This document shows positions 9,872-18,195 of a DNA stretch of 36,752 bases, piece after piece. How positions within the stretch are numbered: the stretch's first letter is position 1; every line of letters starts with the position of its first letter. This stretch comes from an uncultured Prevotella sp. GTDB lineage: Bacteria > Bacteroidota > Bacteroidia > Bacteroidales > Bacteroidaceae. The stretch covers positions 1 through 36,752 of the forward strand of contig ONQK01000052.1 in NCBI GenBank assembly GCA_900319895.1, read 5' to 3'. The translations under genes were made by a program, and so were the position numbers. Under the pieces are notes generated by a model, which was not told the origin of the DNA, made no database searches, and saw nothing but the letters and a program-made list of their open reading frames with translations.

Positions 9872-12664
9872 ATGAGAATCAAAATCCTATCTTTAACCTT
9901 ACTGGTTGCCTTGACGGCAGCAGCACAAAAGAAACCCCTAGACCACAGTGTCTACAATAGTTGGCAGTCCATCGACTCGTCAAGTATTTCACCCTCAGGG
10001 AAATACATCCTCTACACCATCAACCCACAAGAAGGCGACGGTCAGCTGGTCATCAAAAACATGAACGGACACCAGCTGGAAATCCCTCGCGGATACCGAT
10101 TTCATGTCACACAAGACGAAAAATTCGCCCTCTGTCTGATCAAGCCATTCTTCAAAGACACGCGGCAGGCACGCATCAAAAAGAAAAAGAACTTTGAGAT
10201 GCCCAAAGACACTCTGGCAATCATAGCCTTGACCAACGGAAGCGTCAAGAAAATCCCACATGTATCATCCTACAAAATCGGCAAAAAAGGAGGGACGTCC
10301 GTTGCCTATCTCTCTGCCGACACAGCCCTCATCCCCAAAAAAGAGCGTGATAACAGAAACGTGGGCCGCCCGCTGCTGGTCTACAACTTGAACACTGAAA
10401 AAACCGACACGTTCAAACACATAACCCAATACACCTTTGACAAAGACGGGAAACTGCTTGCCATGACCATTCAAAGCAAGAAAAACGATGCATCGCTCAG
10501 CATCTATCACGTTGAAACACAAAAAGTGAACAACTTTTCCAATGACTACCGCTATTATACCCACCCCGTCTTCAACGAAACAAGCACACGCCTGCTCTTC
10601 CTCGCCTCCAATGACACCTTGGAGACCGGTTCCAAGCATTGCGAACTCTTCTGCCTAGACCTTCCCAAGGCAACTGCCACAAACTGGAATACAACCAAGC
10701 CACAACGCCTTGTCTCAAGAAACGACTTTGGCAATCTGCCTAAGAATTGGGGCCTCAACGAAAACAGCGCGCCGCGCTTCAGTCACGATGGCACAAGGAT
10801 TTTTGCAGGAGTGGCAGAAGCAAATGCCCCAAAAGACACGACGCAAGTGCCCTTTGAGACAGCAGGACTCGACATTTGGCACTGGAATGCCGACGAAATT
10901 CCACCAATGATGAACAGCAACCTCAAACGCGACCTCAAACACACCAACTTGGCCGTCTACGACCCCGCAACACATCAGATGCGCCCCTTGGCATTCTCCA
11001 AATATGACAGGATACAACTTCTCAACAGAGGCGATGCCCCCTTCGCCCTCTCAATTGACCAAGCACGAACTATCAAACAAATACAATGGGACGACCAAAA
11101 CGAAGTCGATCTCACACTCATCGACCTCAAGACAGGCAAGCGCCGTTTGATTGCCAGCGGTCTGTTCACCAGGATTTCCACATCGCCCGCAGGAAAATTT
11201 GTCATCTGGTTCGACAGACTCAAGAGACAATGGTTTTTGCACGACGTGGCAGCCAATAAGACCAAAGACATCACCTCCGTACTCAAGGTGAACCTTTGGG
11301 ATGAAGACAACGACCGCCCCACCCACCCCGACCCCTACGGGATTGCCGGATGGACCAGAGACGACAAGGAAGTGCTCATCTACGATCGTTACGACATCTG
11401 GAAAATTCAGACCAAAAACAGCAAGACAGCCCATTTCACCTGCCTGACAAAAGGAGAAGGAAGAAAGAACTGGCGCTCATTTCGCCTTCTCAATACAAAA
11501 CGTGATGAAAACGACCGTTTTATCGAGCCGGGAGAAAACATGATGCTCAAAGTCTTCGATTTCAAGACAAAAGAAAACGGATTGGCCTGCATCAGCAACA
11601 GCCAGCCGGCAGCGCCCAAAATCCTGGACTTCGGCGGATATACTTACAGGAATCTCCAAAAAGCCAAAAATGCCAACGCATATACTTTTTACAAAGGAAA
11701 TTTCGAGAAGCCGATGGACATATATGCCGCAGCCGACGACTTCTCACAAACGACCCGACTTTCTGCCATCAACCCACAGCAAAAAGACTACAATTGGGTT
11801 ACGGCAGAGTTGTACCACTGGAAAGCATACGACGGCACGCCGCTCGACGGTATTTTGTACAAACCCGAGGACTTCGACCCTACGAAAAAATACCCCGTCA
11901 TGGTTTATTTCTACGAGCGCAACTCTGAAAACCTCTACAACTACATCGCCCCTCAACCCAGCTGGTCAATCATCAACCTGACTTTCTACGCCAGTCGAGG
12001 CTATATCGTATTTGTACCAGACATCGTCTACCCCAACGACGGACTTCCTGGAGAGGCCGCCTACAACTGCATCTGCAGCGGTGCCGAATCGCTCAAGCAA
12101 TTCCCCTGGATTGACGGCGAGAACATGGCAATACAGGGCCAGTCATGGGGCGGATATCAAGTGGCATACCTCATCACCCGGACCAACATGTTCAAAGCCG
12201 CCGGGTCAGGCGCACCGGTGTCAAACATGACCAGCGCCTACGGTGGCATCCGATGGGAGTCAGGCATGAGCCGACAATTCCAATACGAGCACACGCAAAG
12301 CCGAATTGGAAAAACCTTGTGGGAAGCACCGGAGCTCTATCTGAAAAATTCGTGCTTGTTCACCCTGCCTAACGTGCAAACCCCTGTATTGATCATGCAC
12401 AACGATGCAGACGGAGCCGTGCCATGGTACCAAGGTATCGAGATGTTCATGGGCTTGCGCAGGCTCGGAAAACCTGCATGGATGCTGCAATACAACAATG
12501 AAGCACATAATCTGAAGGAACGCCGAAACCGCAAGGATTTGAGCATTCGCCTGCAACAGTTTTTCGACCATTACCTCAAAGGCGAGCCCATGCCGGCATG
12601 GATGAAAAATGGCGTGCCATCTACGCGAAAAGGACAATATTTTGGACTAGAACTGGCTGAATAA
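9872..12664 (+). CDS. Secreted S9 family (prolyl oligopeptidase/acylaminoacyl-peptidase-like) peptidase
   Basis: Signal peptide, long N-terminal propeller-like region, GQSWGG nucleophile, HNDADGAV Asp, EAHNL His. Confidence 0.9.
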   Translation: MRIKILSLTLLVALTAAAQKKPLDHSVYNSWQSIDSSSISPSGKYILYTINPQEGDGQLVIKNMNGHQLEIPRGYRFHVTQDEKFALCLIKPFFKDTRQARIKKKKNFEMPKDTLAIIALTNGSVKKIPHVSSYKIGKKGGTSVAYLSADTALIPKKERDNRNVGRPLLVYNLNTEKTDTFKHITQYTFDKDGKLLAMTIQSKKNDASLSIYHVETQKVNNFSNDYRYYTHPVFNETSTRLLFLASNDTLETGSKHCELFCLDLPKATATNWNTTKPQRLVSRNDFGNLPKNWGLNENSAPRFSHDGTRIFAGVAEANAPKDTTQVPFETAGLDIWHWNADEIPPMMNSNLKRDLKHTNLAVYDPATHQMRPLAFSKYDRIQLLNRGDAPFALSIDQARTIKQIQWDDQNEVDLTLIDLKTGKRRLIASGLFTRISTSPAGKFVIWFDRLKRQWFLHDVAANKTKDITSVLKVNLWDEDNDRPTHPDPYGIAGWTRDDKEVLIYDRYDIWKIQTKNSKTAHFTCLTKGEGRKNWRSFRLLNTKRDENDRFIEPGENMMLKVFDFKTKENGLACISNSQPAAPKILDFGGYTYRNLQKAKNANAYTFYKGNFEKPMDIYAAADDFSQTTRLSAINPQQKDYNWVTAELYHWKAYDGTPLDGILYKPEDFDPTKKYPVMVYFYERNSENLYNYIAPQPSWSIINLTFYASRGYIVFVPDIVYPNDGLPGEAAYNCICSGAESLKQFPWIDGENMAIQGQSWGGYQVAYLITRTNMFKAAGSGAPVSNMTSAYGGIRWESGMSRQFQYEHTQSRIGKTLWEAPELYLKNSCLFTLPNVQTPVLIMHNDADGAVPWYQGIEMFMGLRRLGKPAWMLQYNNEAHNLKERRNRKDLSIRLQQFFDHYLKGEPMPAWMKNGVPSTRKGQYFGLELAE

Positions 12665-12690
12665 TGCTGCCAGCTGGTGCCTTATGAATA

Positions 12691-12727
12691 CAAAAAAGTG
12701 CAGGGTCCTACGTCCTGCACTTTTTTG
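12691..12727. terminator. Bidirectional terminator between convergent S9 and SDR genes
   Basis: CAAAAAAGTGCAGG...CCTGCACTTTTTTG. Confidence 0.9.
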
Positions 12728-12766
12728 ATGACTTCATTTTTCAAAATTTGATGGACAACAGCCCAT

Positions 12767-13546
12767 TTACATCCCCTCTTTTCGATTTTCATCCTTGCTG
12801 ATCACACTTCCGCTGCCTTGATGAGTAGCCAGAACAAGCACCTCGGCAATCTGCACATGTGCCGGAGCAGAAGCTGCATAAAAAACGACATCGGCAATAT
12901 CACCGCCCGTCAGTGGCTTAATGCCTTTATAGACACCCGCCGCGCGCGCTTGGTCGCCATGGAAACGCGTCACGCTGAAATTTGTCTCAACAATGCCCGG
13001 CTTGATGTTCGTCACCCTGACAGCCGTGTCGACCAAGTCTATGCGCAGACCGTCAGTTATGGTTTTTACAGCCGCTTTCGTAGCGCAATACACATTGCCG
13101 TTAGCATAAGCAGCATCGCCGGCGACGGAGCCGATATTGATGACATGACCGCTATTGCGCCTCACCATTGCAGGTACGAGCAAGCGCGTCATGTTCAACA
13201 ACCCTTTGACATTGGTGTCAATCATGATGTCCCAATCATCGAAACTGCCTTCATATTCCTTGTCCAAGCCCAAAGCCAGCCCTGCATTATTGACCAAGAC
13301 ATCGATGGCAGCCCATTTCCCTTCCAACGAATCGATGGCAGCCACCGCTTCCGCACGGTTTCTAACATCAAAAAGCAGTGTTTTCACTTCCGCTCCACAT
13401 GCTTCCAGTTCCCTTTTCAAAGCCTCCAGAAGGTCATGTTTACGTCCTGTAACAACTACATCGTAGCCTCCCTGGGCAAATTTCAGCGCACAAGCCTTTC
13501 CAATGCCGCTTGTAGCACCTGTAATCAAAGCTATTTTTTTGTTCAT
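12767..13546 (-). CDS. SDR family NADP-dependent oxidoreductase (YdfG-like)
   Basis: TGATSGIG, NNAGLALG, YCATK, PGIVETNFS. Confidence 0.9.
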   Translation of the reverse strand: MNKKIALITGATSGIGKACALKFAQGGYDVVVTGRKHDLLEALKRELEACGAEVKTLLFDVRNRAEAVAAIDSLEGKWAAIDVLVNNAGLALGLDKEYEGSFDDWDIMIDTNVKGLLNMTRLLVPAMVRRNSGHVINIGSVAGDAAYANGNVYCATKAAVKTITDGLRIDLVDTAVRVTNIKPGIVETNFSVTRFHGDQARAAGVYKGIKPLTGGDIADVVFYAASAPAHVQIAEVLVLATHQGSGSVISKDENRKEGM

Positions 13547-13556
13547 ATCTGTTATT

Positions 13557-14660
13557 TTAGTTGTTCTGTTCCAATAAAATCTGAACGATGCGATCGGCCG
13601 TCCTGCCGTCCCAGCGCTCCGGCAGCGTATGTTTTTTCCACTTCCCGGCCATTATCTGTTGCATCGCGGCCGCCAATTGTTCGGCATTTTCACCCACCAG
13701 CACGTTGGTGCCCTGCTTCACTGTTTCAATATGTTCTGTATAGCTGTTCAATGTAATACACGGCACACCATTGAACGTAGCTTCCTCTGCGACATTGCCC
13801 GAATCAGTGACAATGCCCTTGGCATGCGCTGTCAGATAGCCGAATTCCAAGTACCCCATTGGCTCTATTATCTTCATTTTTTTTGCCGCATCACCCAATG
13901 AATCCAATATTTCAGCCATTATTTGTGCCGCCTCTGCCCTCAGTGGTGCCAAAATGGGGAAATTTCCAGTAGAATGCAACATTGCCAATACCATGGCTTT
14001 TAAATTCGAATGGTCTGCGATGAGCTGCCGTCGATTCAACGTGAAAACAATATATTCGCCCAACCTTATTCCCAGTGTATCAAGACAGGCGGGGCGCTGC
14101 AAACGACTTCTGTTTTGCCGCATTGTATCCATCAGGATATTTCCCACCATATAGACCTTTGACAAACTGGTTCCACCCTTCGACAAGATGCTGTTTCCGC
14201 CAATTCCCGCGGTGAACAGCAAGTCGGAAAGCCCGTCAATGACCAGCCGGTTTATTTCCTTGGGCATATTGATGTCAAAAGAACGTGTCCCCGCCACCAG
14301 ATGGGCAAGGCGTATGCCCTGCTTCTTGGCAACAATCGCCACTGCCATTGTTGAGGCAAGGTCATCTACCACAATAACGACATCCGTCTGATGCATGTTG
14401 AGGTAATCTTCAAAGGCGGACATCACGCGTCCGGTCAGTTCGTTGAGGTTCTCGCAATCAACGCCGAGGCAGACGTCAGGACGGTTTATCTGCAAATCAT
14501 CGAACAAACTCTGTTCCAAAGTCGTGTCTGCCAAAGCCCCGGCATAGACCAACTGATAATTCACCTCTTTACCTTCGGATTTCGACCGCTCGATAGCCTT
14601 GACAATAGGGGCAACCTTGATAAAATTGGGGCGGGCGCCCGCAACAATGCATATATTCAT
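13557..14660 (-). CDS. UDP-N-acetylglucosamine 2-epimerase-like (WecB family) protein with divergent active-site motifs
   Basis: GARPNFIK, AGTRSFD..MPKEINR, VGNILMD, TDSG..EE, WDGRTADRI. Confidence 0.8.
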   Translation of the reverse strand: MNICIVAGARPNFIKVAPIVKAIERSKSEGKEVNYQLVYAGALADTTLEQSLFDDLQINRPDVCLGVDCENLNELTGRVMSAFEDYLNMHQTDVVIVVDDLASTMAVAIVAKKQGIRLAHLVAGTRSFDINMPKEINRLVIDGLSDLLFTAGIGGNSILSKGGTSLSKVYMVGNILMDTMRQNRSRLQRPACLDTLGIRLGEYIVFTLNRRQLIADHSNLKAMVLAMLHSTGNFPILAPLRAEAAQIMAEILDSLGDAAKKMKIIEPMGYLEFGYLTAHAKGIVTDSGNVAEEATFNGVPCITLNSYTEHIETVKQGTNVLVGENAEQLAAAMQQIMAGKWKKHTLPERWDGRTADRIVQILLEQNN

Positions 14661-14693
14661 TGGCTCAAAATTCTTTTTTTTGTTTTACATCTG

Positions 14694-14701
14694 CAAAATT
14701 A
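14694..14701 (-). promoter_or_regulatory. -7 element for wecB-like/SDR unit
   Basis: TAATTTTG on minus strand. Confidence 0.7.
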
Positions 14702-14735
14702 CGCTTTTTAATTCAGACCAGGCACTAAAATACAC

Positions 14736-14769
14736 AAAAATCCGCAGCTTTACATCAAAACTGCGGATT
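14736..14769 (-). terminator. Terminator of nfeD-SPFH
   Basis: AATCCGCAG...CTGCGGATT with T-run on minus strand. Confidence 0.75.
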
Positions 14770-14793
14770 AGCTCTGGATTTTCAGGAGGCGGA

Positions 14794-15747
14794 TTATTCA
14801 ATCTTGAACAACTCCTTGATGCCGCCGATGCTTCCCATTAAATTAGTTGCCTCATAAGGCAGGTAAACCGTCTTGGTCTCTTGTCCCGTTGCCAAATCCT
14901 GCATCATCTGGATATATTTCTGTGCCAGAAGATAGTTGGCCGGATTAGTGCTCTTGCCCACCGCCTCGGTGATTTTCTCGATGGCAATCGCTTCTGCCTC
15001 TGCCTTTCTGATCCGCGCCTGCGCCTCTCCCTCTGCTCTCAGGATTTCTTGTTGTTTACTTGCCTCTGCGCGGTTGATGGTACTGGTTTTCTCACCTTCC
15101 GACTGCAAAATCGCCGCCTGCTTTTGGCCTTCCGAGGTCAAAATCGTGGCACGTTTGTTACGTTCCGCTTGCATCTGCTTTTCCATGGCTTGGAGAACGC
15201 TTGAGGGCGGAATGATATCTTGCAATTCCACGCGATTCACCTTGACGCCCCACTTGTCGGTTGCCTCGTCCAGCACGGAACGCAACTTCGTGTTGATGGT
15301 GTCGCGCGAGGTCAAGGTTTGGTCCAATTCCAATTCTCCGATGATGTTACGAAGGGTGGTTTGTGTCAATTTCTCAATGGCATTGGGCAAATTGCTGATC
15401 TCATAGACGGCTTTGAAAGAATCTACAATCTGGAAATACAGCAAAGCATTAATTTGCATCTGGATGTTGTCTTTCGTGATAACATTTTGTTTGTCAAAGT
15501 CATACACCTGCTCACGCAAATCGATTGAATTGCTATAAACATAACGGCCACGATTCAGTGTCACTACTGCTTTTGCCCTGTCAATAAAGGGGATTATCAA
15601 GTTGATGCCTGGTTCAAGCGTTGAATGATAGCGGCCCAAGCGCTCAATGATTTTCGTTTCAGACTGAGGAATAATTACTAGTGCGGATTTGATGAAAACC
15701 AACACCAAAACAATGATGGCGCCTAAAACAATTGTTACAGTTTCCAT
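14794..15747 (-). CDS. SPFH/band 7 (stomatin/paraslipin, QmcA-like) membrane protein
   Basis: N-terminal TM, ERLGRY, IDLREQ, VITKDN, WGVKVNRVE, AER.KRA coiled coil. Confidence 0.93.
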   Translation of the reverse strand: METVTIVLGAIIVLVLVFIKSALVIIPQSETKIIERLGRYHSTLEPGINLIIPFIDRAKAVVTLNRGRYVYSNSIDLREQVYDFDKQNVITKDNIQMQINALLYFQIVDSFKAVYEISNLPNAIEKLTQTTLRNIIGELELDQTLTSRDTINTKLRSVLDEATDKWGVKVNRVELQDIIPPSSVLQAMEKQMQAERNKRATILTSEGQKQAAILQSEGEKTSTINRAEASKQQEILRAEGEAQARIRKAEAEAIAIEKITEAVGKSTNPANYLLAQKYIQMMQDLATGQETKTVYLPYEATNLMGSIGGIKELFKIE

Positions 15748-15794
15748 AATAAATGATTTTTATTGATTTGTACTAAATAATGTCCAACAAGCTT

Positions 15795-16259
15795 TCAAAC
15801 GGCACTTTTGCCCACTTTCTCTACCATGACCACAAGGCTTTCCCTGCCCACGACCCTCACGCTTTCTCCTTTCTGAATCTCACTCTCGTCCATGCTTTTG
15901 GCCTTCCAGTCATCACCGTCAATAGCTACGCGGCCATATCCTTTGGGCTCTATAGTCTCGCTCACTGTTCCAATGCGGTCTATCAGAGCATCTGCGTTGC
16001 TGACCCGCGCCTTTTCGCCTTTGTGAAGATAGCGCAACGCCACCGGCCGCACAAAAAAGATGCTCAGCAAAGAAAACAGAGCACAGACGATGACTTGGCC
16101 GACCCAGCCGAAGCCAAGCGCCGCCACGGCCGAGGCAAACAATCCTCCAATAGCAAAGCAAATGATGAAAAAGTCGCCACTGGTCAACTCTAAAATCAGG
16201 CACATCAGGCTGATCAACGCCCACATTTGCCACATGTTTTCCACAAAATATTCTACCAT
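15795..16259 (-). CDS. Short NfeD family protein
   Basis: Hydrophobic N-terminus, GRVAIDGDDWKA OB-fold C-terminus, upstream of SPFH gene. Confidence 0.9.
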   Translation of the reverse strand: MVEYFVENMWQMWALISLMCLILELTSGDFFIICFAIGGLFASAVAALGFGWVGQVIVCALFSLLSIFFVRPVALRYLHKGEKARVSNADALIDRIGTVSETIEPKGYGRVAIDGDDWKAKSMDESEIQKGESVRVVGRESLVVMVEKVGKSAV

Positions 16260-16325
16260 AGTGCTATTTTTTTAGTTCGTTGTAAAGATACAAAAAAACT
16301 CCGACTCTTACAAGTATTTTTATGC

Positions 16326-16368
16326 AAAACCGACATGCAGTAAAAAAAATGATGGCTGCATGTCGGTT
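16326..16368 (-). terminator. Terminator of M48 peptidase gene
   Basis: AACCGACATGCAG...CTGCATGTCGGTT, 13-bp inverted repeat. Confidence 0.7.
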
Positions 16369-16404
16369 GTTCTCAACGTCTCAAAAGACAAAATCAAGCG
16401 AGAT

Positions 16405-17262
16405 TCACTTCTTTTTAGTCGTTTTCTTTTTGGTACTTGTCTTTGTCGTCTGGGCAGGTTTGTAATATTTCAATGCCTCAGGCATCCATTTTTGGATGTT
16501 GGCGATACGCGTTGCGTCGGAGGGATGGTCGCTCAGGTACTCCTTCACGTTGTTTTGCGAAGTTGCCGCCATGCGCTGCCAGAAGGCCACGGCTTCCTGC
16601 GGGTTATAGCCTGCCATGGCCGCCAGGATCAGCCCCATGTAGTCGGCCTCTGTCTCATGGTTTCGTGAATACTTCAGGTTGCTGAACTTGAAGTTCAATT
16701 GTGCAACCGCCTGCGCTATCGACGTGACATTGCTGCCCACTCCGATGGCATTCAAGACCGCGCCTCCGATTTGCGTCCCATACTGCTGTTTCAGCTGTTT
16801 TGACATCTGTTCGGCAGAGTGTTTTGCCACCGCATGTGCAATCTCATGTGCCAACACTATGGCCAACGAGTTTTCGTTTTGAGTTACTGGCAGCAAGCCT
16901 TCAAAAACAACGATTTTCCCGCCCGGCATGCAGAAGGCATTGAGATTCTTGTCTTCAACGAGGTTGAACTCCCAGGCATACTGGCTGATCTCATTCGCCA
17001 TGCCGTTGTTGCGCAAATAATCTTCTACCGCGGTGGCGAGTCGCTGCCCAACACGCTTGACCATGGCTGTGTTTTGCGTATTGGTAGACTTTTTCGCCGT
17101 TGCCATGTACTCGGCATACTGCTGTTGGCTGAGGCTCAGAATTTGCTCGTCTGAGACCAAAAGGCTTTGTTTTCTACCCGTCAGAGGCACTGTGCGGGAG
17201 GTGCCGCATGATACTACAAGTGCTGTGATGAATGTTAGTAATAAAAATTTTGCTGTTTTCAT
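16405..17262 (-). CDS. M48 family zinc metallopeptidase lipoprotein
   Basis: Lipobox LVVSC, NAFCMPGG, HEIAH, YSR.HETEAD, HPS..TRI. Confidence 0.93.
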   Translation of the reverse strand: MKTAKFLLLTFITALVVSCGTSRTVPLTGRKQSLLVSDEQILSLSQQQYAEYMATAKKSTNTQNTAMVKRVGQRLATAVEDYLRNNGMANEISQYAWEFNLVEDKNLNAFCMPGGKIVVFEGLLPVTQNENSLAIVLAHEIAHAVAKHSAEQMSKQLKQQYGTQIGGAVLNAIGVGSNVTSIAQAVAQLNFKFSNLKYSRNHETEADYMGLILAAMAGYNPQEAVAFWQRMAATSQNNVKEYLSDHPSDATRIANIQKWMPEALKYYKPAQTTKTSTKKKTTKKK

Positions 17263-17309
17263 TTTCTCTTATTTACTGATTAGTGAATCTTCATCATTAA
17301 ACTTCTTGG

Positions 17310-17317
17310 CAAAAATA
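17310..17317 (-). promoter_or_regulatory. -7 element for M48 gene
   Basis: TATTTTTG on minus strand. Confidence 0.65.
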
Positions 17318-17365
17318 GTGCATTATATTGGAATGTCCAAATTATAATGTAAAAAAATGGTGCCC

Positions 17366-17402
17366 AAAAGCAAAGAAGACTCGCTTCACAGCCAGTCTTC
17401 TT
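17366..17402 (-). terminator. GNRA-capped terminator about 110 nt downstream of flavodoxin
   Basis: AAGAAGACT-G-GCT-GTGA-AGC-G-AGTCTTCTT then TGCTTTT. Confidence 0.75.
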
Positions 17403-17455
17403 ACCTTATACAAAAACATTATGAATATTTATCAATCGAACTAGATAAAAGCTTT
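17366..17455 (-). ncRNA. Candidate 3'-UTR-derived small RNA
   Basis: Short TTTATC/GATAAA stem, unpaired CATAATGTTTTTGTATAAGG, GUGA-loop terminator; no clear promoter. Confidence 0.35.
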
Positions 17456-17510
17456 GGTAAAGAAATTTTTGCCTTGCCACGACTATATCTTTTAGCGACC
17501 AATCGGGAGT

Positions 17511-18005
17511 TTACAGCATGGGCTTGAGTTGCGTTGTCCAAGCCTCAATTCGCTGTTCCGTGAGATGGCTTTCGTTGATGTCATCGAGCACCAATCCTAT
17601 GAACTGTCCGCCAATCACGGCCTCGCTGTCATTAAAGGAGTAGCCTTCTGTTGAGACCTGGCCGATGATTTTCACGCCATTATTCTTGACTGCATTGTAA
17701 AGTTCTGCCATTCCGCCACAAAAGGTGTCACCATAAACCTCAGCATCGCCACATCCGAACAATGCCACGGTCTTGCCGTTCAGGTCTGCCTCGCGCAGCT
17801 TGGCGATGCCGTCATACCAGTCGTCCTGCAGCTCGCCGGCGCCCCAAGTCGAGGTGCCGAGCAAAAGATTTTCCGCCTCTTGAAGGTGTGCCGGCTCTAA
17901 TTTGGCGACGTCAATGGCCTCGGTTCCTAATTTTGAGGCGATGGTATTGGCAATTGCCTGGCATGTCCCTGTTGAAGAGCCGTAAATAACAATCGTTTTT
18001 TTCAT
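17511..18005 (-). CDS. fldA: Long-chain flavodoxin
   Basis: YGSSTGT, GTSTWGAGELQDDW, ALFGCGD, F.GLVLD. Confidence 0.92.
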   Translation of the reverse strand: MKKTIVIYGSSTGTCQAIANTIASKLGTEAIDVAKLEPAHLQEAENLLLGTSTWGAGELQDDWYDGIAKLREADLNGKTVALFGCGDAEVYGDTFCGGMAELYNAVKNNGVKIIGQVSTEGYSFNDSEAVIGGQFIGLVLDDINESHLTEQRIEAWTTQLKPML

Positions 18006-18042
18006 GTCAATTCTTTTTGTTTAATTGTTTAAAAATTTTTGG

Positions 18043-18050
18043 CAAAGATA
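18043..18050 (-). promoter_or_regulatory. -7 element for flavodoxin
   Basis: TATCTTTG on minus strand. Confidence 0.7.
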
Positions 18051-18116
18051 AGCTCTTTTTCATCTTCCTGCAATACCTAAAAATGATGTTTTTCGGCATC
18101 ACCATTTATCGTGACC

Positions 18117-18153
18117 AAAATGAAGAGCTTGCCGATTGGCCGGCAAGCTCTTC
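18117..18153 (-). terminator. Terminator of S8 peptidase 1
   Basis: GAAGAGCTTGCCG...CGGCAAGCTCTTC, 13-bp inverted repeat, then ATTTT on minus strand. Confidence 0.8.
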
Positions 18154-18195
18154 CCATAAACAACGGTTTGTCCGTATGTAATATCCCCTATTTTT

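Noticed and set aside
12818-13756. 312-aa plus-strand ORF
   Set aside because: Antisense shadow of the SDR and wecB-like genes with no recognisable motifs; explained by codon bias of the real genes
14794-16259. NfeD-SPFH pair as a novel system
   Set aside because: A well-known conserved gene pair
17421-17444. Plus-strand mini-ORF MNIYQSN with an A-rich start context
   Set aside because: No plus-strand promoter seen; better explained as the complement of the minus-strand seed
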